Assembly: GCA_030652255.1 (NCBI GenBank)
Contig: JAUSAZ010000005.1
Location: 6,685 to 70,684, forward strand
Origin: Myxococcales bacterium
GTDB lineage: Bacteria; Myxococcota_A; Polyangia; Polyangiales; Ga0077539
DNA: 64,000 bases
Reading direction: 5' to 3'
Shown here: piece by piece, positions 58,558-64,000 of the stretch
Position numbering within the stretch: the first letter of the stretch is position 1
Layout: every line of letters begins with the position of its first letter
Notes under the pieces: model-generated
Told to the model about the DNA's origin: nothing
What the model saw: only the letters and a program-made list of their open reading frames with translations
Database searches by the model: none
Made by a program: the position numbers and the translations under genes

Positions 58558-61500
58558 ATGTTGCCCGGGCAGGTCATCGCGGATCGCTTCGTCGTCGGGG
58601 CCCTCGTCGCCGCGGGGGGCATGGGCAGCGTGTACCGCGCGCTCGACCGCGCGAGCGGAGAGCCCGTCGCCCTCAAGGTCATCGGGGCGGGCGGCGACTT
58701 CGACCTGCGCTTCGCGCGCGAGACGGCGCTGCTCGCGTCGTTCACCGACCCGGGCATCGTGCGCTACGTGAGCAGCGGCCGCACCGACGCGGGGCAGCGC
58801 TTCCTGGTCATGGAGTGGCTGGAGGGGGTCGACCTCCGGGCGGCGCTCGACGAGCGGGCCCTGCCGATGGCCGACGGCGTGCGGATGGTGGAGCGCGTCG
58901 CCGAGGCCCTCGGGCACGCCCACGCGCGGGGCGTGGTGCACCGCGACGTGAAGCCGAGCAACCTCTTCCTGGTGGGGGGCGACCCCGGCGCGGTGAAGGT
59001 GATCGATTTCGGCATCGCGCGGGTCGACGACTCGGGCGCGGTCACCCGCCCGGGGGTCATCCTCGGGACGCCGGGCTACCTCAGCCCCGAGCAGGCCCGC
59101 GGCGGCGGCGAGGTGGGCCCGGCGTCGGATGTGTTCTCGCTCGGGTGCGTGCTCTTCGAGGTGCTCACCGGGCGGCCGCCCTTCCTTGGCGAGCACTTCG
59201 TCGCCGTGCTCGCGAAGATCCTCGCGGAGGACGCGCCCCCCCTCCGCTCGCTCTGCGCCGACGCCCCCGCCGAGCTCGACGAGCTCGTCGCCCGCATGCT
59301 CGCCAAGGACCCCGCGCGCCGCCCGCCCGACGGCGCCGCCGTGGCCGCCGCGCTGCGCGCCATCGCCGGGGCGGTGACCGGTCCGCCGGGTGCGCCGCGG
59401 CCCGCGGCCCCCGCGACGCTCACGGCGCGGGAGCAGCAGCTGGTGAGCGTGATCCTCGTGGCGCAGGACGCCGGCGGCGCCGAGGCGGAGGGCGCCCCCA
59501 CGCTGCGCACCGACGCGCTCGACGCGGGCTTCGCGCGCCTGCGCGACGCGGCCGCGCGCTTCGGCGCCGTGCTCGAGCCGCTCCTCGGCGGCGCCTCGCT
59601 CGCCACCCTGGTCCGCGCGGGGGTGGCGACGGACCACGCGGCGCGGGCGGCGCGGTGCGCGCTGGCGATGCGCGAGGCGCGCCCCGGGGTGCCGATGGTG
59701 CTCGCGAGCGGGCGGGCGACCATCGCCGACCGGCTGCCCGTCGGGGCCGTCATCGACCGCGCGGCCGAGCGGCTGCGGCGGATGCGCCTGGCGGGCGACC
59801 GCGCGCTGGCCGTCGACGAGCTCACCGCGGCGCTGCTCGACGGGCGCTTCGAGCTGCGCGGCGCGCCCGGGGCGGCGGGCTTCGAGCTCGGGGGCGAGCG
59901 CGAGGTGGCGGCGGCCGCGCGCACGCTGCTGGGTCGGCCGATGGCGTGCGTGGGGCGCGAGCGCGAGCTGGGCGTGCTGCTGGGCGCGTGGGCGGAGTGC
60001 GTCGAGGCGCCGTGCGCGCAGGCGGCGATGGTGACGGGCGCGCCGGGCGCGGGGAAGTCGCGGCTGCGGGGGGAGTTCCTGCGGCGGGTGGCCGCGCGGG
60101 GGGAGGGGGCGGAGGTGTGGATCGCCGCGGGCGACCCGGTGGGCGCGCGCTCGCCGCTGGGGATGGTGTCGCGGTGGATACGCCGCGCCGGGGCGCTGCT
60201 CGACGGCGACCCCCTCGCGCTGCGGCAACAGAAGCTCCGCGCGCGGCTCTCGCGGCACCTGGGCGGCGACGCGCTCGACCGCGCGGCGGCCTTCCTGGGC
60301 GAGGTGGCGGGCGCGCCGCTGGCCGACGAGGCGCACGTCGAGCTGCGGGCCGCCCGGCGCGACCCGACGCTGATGGGCACGCAGGTGCGCCTCGCCTTCG
60401 AGGGATGGCTGGCCGCCGAGTCGGCCGCGGCGCCGATGCTGCTGGTGCTCGAGGACCTCCAGTGGGGCGACCTCGCGAGCGCGCGGCTCATCGGGTCGGC
60501 GCTGCGCTCGCTCGGCGACCGCGCGGTGCTGCTGCTCGCGGTGGCGCGCCCCGACCTCCGGGACGACCTCCCGGCGGCCCTGGGCGACGCGGTCGCGCTC
60601 ACCCTCGCGCTCGGCCCGCTGCCCGACCGGGCCTGCGAGGTCATCGCGCGGGACGCCCTCGGCGAGGGCGCCGACCCGGCGGTGATCGCCCGGCTGGTGG
60701 GGCGCTCGGAGGGCAACCCCCTCTACCTGGAGGAGCTCGTGCGCGCGGTGGCCGACGGCCGCGGCGACGCCCTCCCGGAGACGCTGCTGGCGATGCTCTC
60801 CGCGCGGCTCGACCGCCTCGACCCGCAGGCCCGCCGGGCGCTGCGCGCGGCGAGCGTGTTCGGGCAGGACTTCGCCGACCCCGGCGTGGCGGCGCTGCTG
60901 GGCGGCGTCGAGCGCGCCGCGCAGGTGGGCGAGCGGCTGCGCGAGCTCGTGGCCGCGGAGGTGCTCGTGCGCCGCGGCGAGGGCTACGCGTTTCGCCACG
61001 CCCTGCTGCGCGAGGCCTCGTACGCGCAGCTCACGGAGGCCGACCGGGCGCTCGGCCACCGCCTCGCGGGCCGCTGGCTGCTCGAGACCGGCGAGGGCGA
61101 CCCCGCGGTGCTGGCCGAGCACTTCGCCCGGGGCGAGCTCCCCGAGCTGGCGGCGCAGTGGTTTCGCCGCGCGGCGGAGCAGAGCCTCGACGCGAGCGCG
61201 CTGGGCGAGGCGCTCGAGTGGGCCGCGAGGGCGCGGGCGTCCGGGGCGCAGGGCGAGGCGCTCGGGGCGGTGCGCCGGGTGGAGGCGCGGGCGCGCTCGC
61301 TGCGGGACGAAAACGCCCAGGCCGCGGCGGCGGGGGAGGAGGCCCTCGCGCTGCTCCCCCGCGGCGGCGCGGCGTGGCACCTCGCCGCCGCCGACCTCGG
61401 GACGACGGCGCTGCGCATCCACGACCACGCGCGCCTCGTGGCCATCGCGGACGACCTCGCCGCCGCCGTGGCCGCCCCGGACGCCGTGGGCAGCCGGGTG

Positions 61501-62454
61501 ATCGCGCTGGCGCGCACGGCGATCCACCTGATCCAGACCGGGCACCCGGCGGAGGTGGCCCGGCTGCGCGCGGCCCTCGACGCCCTGGTCGACCCGCCGG
61601 GCGACCCCGCGGTGCGGGCGTGGCGCACGCGGCTGCGGGCCGTGGAGGCGCTGCGGGCGGGCGACCCGGCGGCGTACCGCGCGCTCACCGAGGAGTCCGC
61701 GGCGGCCTTCGAGCAGGCGGGCGACCGCGGCGGAGCGTGCGCGCAGCGGGGCAACGTCGGCTACGCGCTACAAGAGCTCGGCGACTACGCGGGCGCGGCG
61801 GCGGTGATGCGCGAGGCGCTGGCGCAGGCCGAGGCGCTCGGGATGCGGAGCTCCGCGGGGCTCATCCGGCACAACCTGGGCCTGGTGCTGGCGCGCACCG
61901 GCGCGGTGGCCGAGGGCCTCGCGCTGGAGGCGGCGGCGCTCGCGGGCTTCGTCGCGCAGGGGCACCGCCGGCTGGAGGGCTTCGCGCGGGCCTACCTCGC
62001 GCGCATCGCGACGCTGGCGGGCGACCACGCGACCGCCGCCCGCGAGGCCGCCGGGGCCGTGGCGCTGCTGGGCGAGTCCGAGCCGTCCCGGGCCTTCGCG
62101 CTCGCGGTGCAGGCCGAGGCGCTGCTCGCGGCGGGCGAGGCGGCGGCGGCGCGCGCGTCCGCGGCGGGCGCGGCGGGGCTGCTGGAGAAGCTCGGCGGCA
62201 TCGAGGAGGGCGAGGGGCTCATCCGGCTGATGGACGTCGAGACCCGCTTCGCGACGGGCGACGCGGAGGGCGCCGCGCGGGCGCTCGCGGCGGCGGCCGA
62301 CCGGCTCTACGCGCGGGCCGAGCGCATCAGCGACGCGGGGCTGCGGGCGAGCTTCCTCGACCGGGTGCCCGAGCACGCGCGCACGTGGTTTCTCGCGGCG
62401 ATGGCGCCGTCCGCGGCGGGCGTCGTAGAGTCCCGGGCCCGGACGCCGCGATGA
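58558..62454 (+). CDS. Hanks-type Ser/Thr kinase fused to degenerate cyclase-like, P-loop ATPase and TPR domains
   Basis: GGMGSVY, VALK, HRDVKPSN, DFG, GTPGYLSPEQ; GAPGAGKS and LEDLQWGD; C-terminal TPRs. Confidence 0.93.
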   Translation: MLPGQVIADRFVVGALVAAGGMGSVYRALDRASGEPVALKVIGAGGDFDLRFARETALLASFTDPGIVRYVSSGRTDAGQRFLVMEWLEGVDLRAALDERALPMADGVRMVERVAEALGHAHARGVVHRDVKPSNLFLVGGDPGAVKVIDFGIARVDDSGAVTRPGVILGTPGYLSPEQARGGGEVGPASDVFSLGCVLFEVLTGRPPFLGEHFVAVLAKILAEDAPPLRSLCADAPAELDELVARMLAKDPARRPPDGAAVAAALRAIAGAVTGPPGAPRPAAPATLTAREQQLVSVILVAQDAGGAEAEGAPTLRTDALDAGFARLRDAAARFGAVLEPLLGGASLATLVRAGVATDHAARAARCALAMREARPGVPMVLASGRATIADRLPVGAVIDRAAERLRRMRLAGDRALAVDELTAALLDGRFELRGAPGAAGFELGGEREVAAAARTLLGRPMACVGRERELGVLLGAWAECVEAPCAQAAMVTGAPGAGKSRLRGEFLRRVAARGEGAEVWIAAGDPVGARSPLGMVSRWIRRAGALLDGDPLALRQQKLRARLSRHLGGDALDRAAAFLGEVAGAPLADEAHVELRAARRDPTLMGTQVRLAFEGWLAAESAAAPMLLVLEDLQWGDLASARLIGSALRSLGDRAVLLLAVARPDLRDDLPAALGDAVALTLALGPLPDRACEVIARDALGEGADPAVIARLVGRSEGNPLYLEELVRAVADGRGDALPETLLAMLSARLDRLDPQARRALRAASVFGQDFADPGVAALLGGVERAAQVGERLRELVAAEVLVRRGEGYAFRHALLREASYAQLTEADRALGHRLAGRWLLETGEGDPAVLAEHFARGELPELAAQWFRRAAEQSLDASALGEALEWAARARASGAQGEALGAVRRVEARARSLRDENAQAAAAGEEALALLPRGGAAWHLAAADLGTTALRIHDHARLVAIADDLAAAVAAPDAVGSRVIALARTAIHLIQTGHPAEVARLRAALDALVDPPGDPAVRAWRTRLRAVEALRAGDPAAYRALTEESAAAFEQAGDRGGACAQRGNVGYALQELGDYAGAAAVMREALAQAEALGMRSSAGLIRHNLGLVLARTGAVAEGLALEAAALAGFVAQGHRRLEGFARAYLARIATLAGDHATAAREAAGAVALLGESEPSRAFALAVQAEALLAAGEAAAARASAAGAAGLLEKLGGIEEGEGLIRLMDVETRFATGDAEGAARALAAAADRLYARAERISDAGLRASFLDRVPEHARTWFLAAMAPSAAGVVESRARTPR

Positions 62455-63815
62455 AGGACCGACCCGCACCGCTCAAGCTGATGGTCTTCGCGGGCGGCGT
62501 GACCAGCACCCACGACCTGCCGGAGGCCGGCACGATCACCCTGGGGCGCTCCAGCGACAACGGGGTGTGCATCGATGACCCGTCGGTGTCGCGGCGCCAC
62601 GCGGCCCTGCACCTCGGCCCCGAGGTGCTGCTCGAAGACCTCGGCAGCGCCAACGGCACCTCGGTGCGCTCGCCGGTGCAGGACGCCGCCACGGCCGACC
62701 TCTCGCAGTCGCGGCTCGCGCCGGGGCGCCGGGTGGCGGTCGCCCCGGGGGCGTCGTTTCACCTGGGCTCGACGGTGCTGGTGCTGCGCCGCGACGAGCG
62801 CGCGGGGGACGTGCCCGCGCCGGTGATCCGCGACGAGGCGATGCGCAAGCTGCACGCGATGCTCGGGCGCGTGGCTGACGGCACCATCAGCGTGCTGCTG
62901 CTGGGCGAGACCGGCGTCGGCAAGGAGGTGCTGGCCCACGCGCTACACCAGCGGTCGCCGCGCGCGGCGGGGCCCTTCGTGGCGCTGCACTGCGCGGCCC
63001 TCACGGGCAGCCTGCTGGAGAGCGAGCTCTTCGGGCACGAGAAGGGTGCGTTCACGGGCGCGGTCAGCGCGAAGGCGGGGCTGCTGGAGTCCGCCGCGGG
63101 GGGCACGGTGTTCCTCGACGAGGTGGGCGAGCTGCCGCCGGACGTGCAGGTGAAGCTCCTGCGCGTCATCGAGCAGCGCGAGGTGCTGCGCGTGGGGGCC
63201 CTGCGCCCGCGCCCCATCGACGTGCGCCTCGTGTCGGCCACGCACCGCGACCTCGAGGCCGAGGTCGCCCGCGGCACCTTCCGGCAGGACCTCTTCTTCC
63301 GCCTCAACGGCATCGCGCTCACCATCCCCCCGCTGCGCGAGCGCGTCGCGGAGATCGCCGAGCTGGCGCGGGTCTTCGCCGCCCGCGTCTCAGCGCAGCT
63401 GGTGCGCCCGCTGGTGCCGACGCTCTCCCCCGAGGCGCTCGCGCTGCTGGAGGGCTACCGCTGGCCCGGCAACATCCGCGAGCTGCGCAACACCGTCGAG
63501 CGCGCCGTGGTGCTCTGCGCCGGCCCCACCATCCTGCCCGAGCACCTCCCGCTCGATCGCATGCGCGCGGCGGCGCCGTCGGTCGCGCCCCCGCCGCTGT
63601 CGGTCGCGCCCCCGGCCCCGCCGCCGTCGGTCGCGGCTGCCGCCGGACCGCTGCGCAACGAGATCGAGGCGCTGGAGCGGCAGCGCATCGTCGACGCGCT
63701 GGAGCAGAGCGCTGGCAACCAGACCCAGGCCGCGGCGCTGCTGGGGATGCCCCGGCGCACGCTGGTGGCGAAGCTGGTGGCGTACAACATCCCGCGGCCC
63801 CGCAAGCGGGCCTGA
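62451..63815 (+). CDS. FHA-domain sigma54-dependent enhancer-binding protein (Fis-type HTH)
   Basis: FHA LGRS...SVSRRHA...DLGSANGT; GETGVGKE; GHEKGAFTGA; FLDEVGE; WPGNIREL; GNQTQAAALLG; ATGA overlap with the kinase. Confidence 0.96.
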   Translation: MKDRPAPLKLMVFAGGVTSTHDLPEAGTITLGRSSDNGVCIDDPSVSRRHAALHLGPEVLLEDLGSANGTSVRSPVQDAATADLSQSRLAPGRRVAVAPGASFHLGSTVLVLRRDERAGDVPAPVIRDEAMRKLHAMLGRVADGTISVLLLGETGVGKEVLAHALHQRSPRAAGPFVALHCAALTGSLLESELFGHEKGAFTGAVSAKAGLLESAAGGTVFLDEVGELPPDVQVKLLRVIEQREVLRVGALRPRPIDVRLVSATHRDLEAEVARGTFRQDLFFRLNGIALTIPPLRERVAEIAELARVFAARVSAQLVRPLVPTLSPEALALLEGYRWPGNIRELRNTVERAVVLCAGPTILPEHLPLDRMRAAAPSVAPPPLSVAPPAPPPSVAAAAGPLRNEIEALERQRIVDALEQSAGNQTQAAALLGMPRRTLVAKLVAYNIPRPRKRA

Positions 63816-63854
63816 GCGCGCCGCTCCCATCGTCGCCTCCTGTGAAGGAGACGA

Positions 63855-63868
63855 GTGAGAATTCTCAC
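63855..63868. promoter_or_regulatory. Perfect 14-bp palindrome (candidate operator)
   Basis: GTGAGAATTCTCAC equals its own reverse complement. Confidence 0.45.
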
Positions 63869-64000
63869 GACGAACCGTAGGGGCGGACCCAGGTTGCTCG
63901 TCGAAGCCCCGGAGGTCTCGACGGTGCTCGTCGAGCCCCAGCCGGGCATCGGCGACGCGCACGATCTGCGGCGCCCGACCGATGCCTCCCCCTCCCTCGG

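Noticed and set aside
57990-63815. A single 1941 aa protein, and 58222-61545(-)
   Set aside because: The frame is open by chance across the kinase; the real EBP starts at ATG 62451.

Overview
Very GC-rich bacterial DNA. The gene content (Cys-rich lipoproteins, Ser/Thr kinase plus FHA-sigma54 activator, RelA/SpoT, squalene/phytoene synthase) suggests a myxobacterium, possibly Polyangiales-like; this is inference. About 55 genes can be supported, including glyS, relA/spoT, pyrG, ECF sigma/anti-sigma, and lipid, cell-wall and surface-protein genes. Most long ORFs in the supplied track are antisense or alternate-frame shadows. I found no rRNA, tRNA, CRISPR array, integrase or transposase by eye. 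The best candidates for an undescribed system are two compact, translationally coupled three-gene operons with patches of lower GC. (1) 1830-4284: PD-(D/E)xK-like protein, small helical protein and KaiC/RAD55-like ATPase, behind a candidate sigma54 promoter. (2) 45977-48251: P-loop ATPase, short alpha/beta partner and an HPxxHxH protein whose frame is broken by a TAG 13 sense codons before a second TAG and hairpin. Both look like uncharacterised defence/conflict modules, which is inference. All family assignments come from motif recognition and recall, not database searches. Several start codons are my picks inside longer ORFs.
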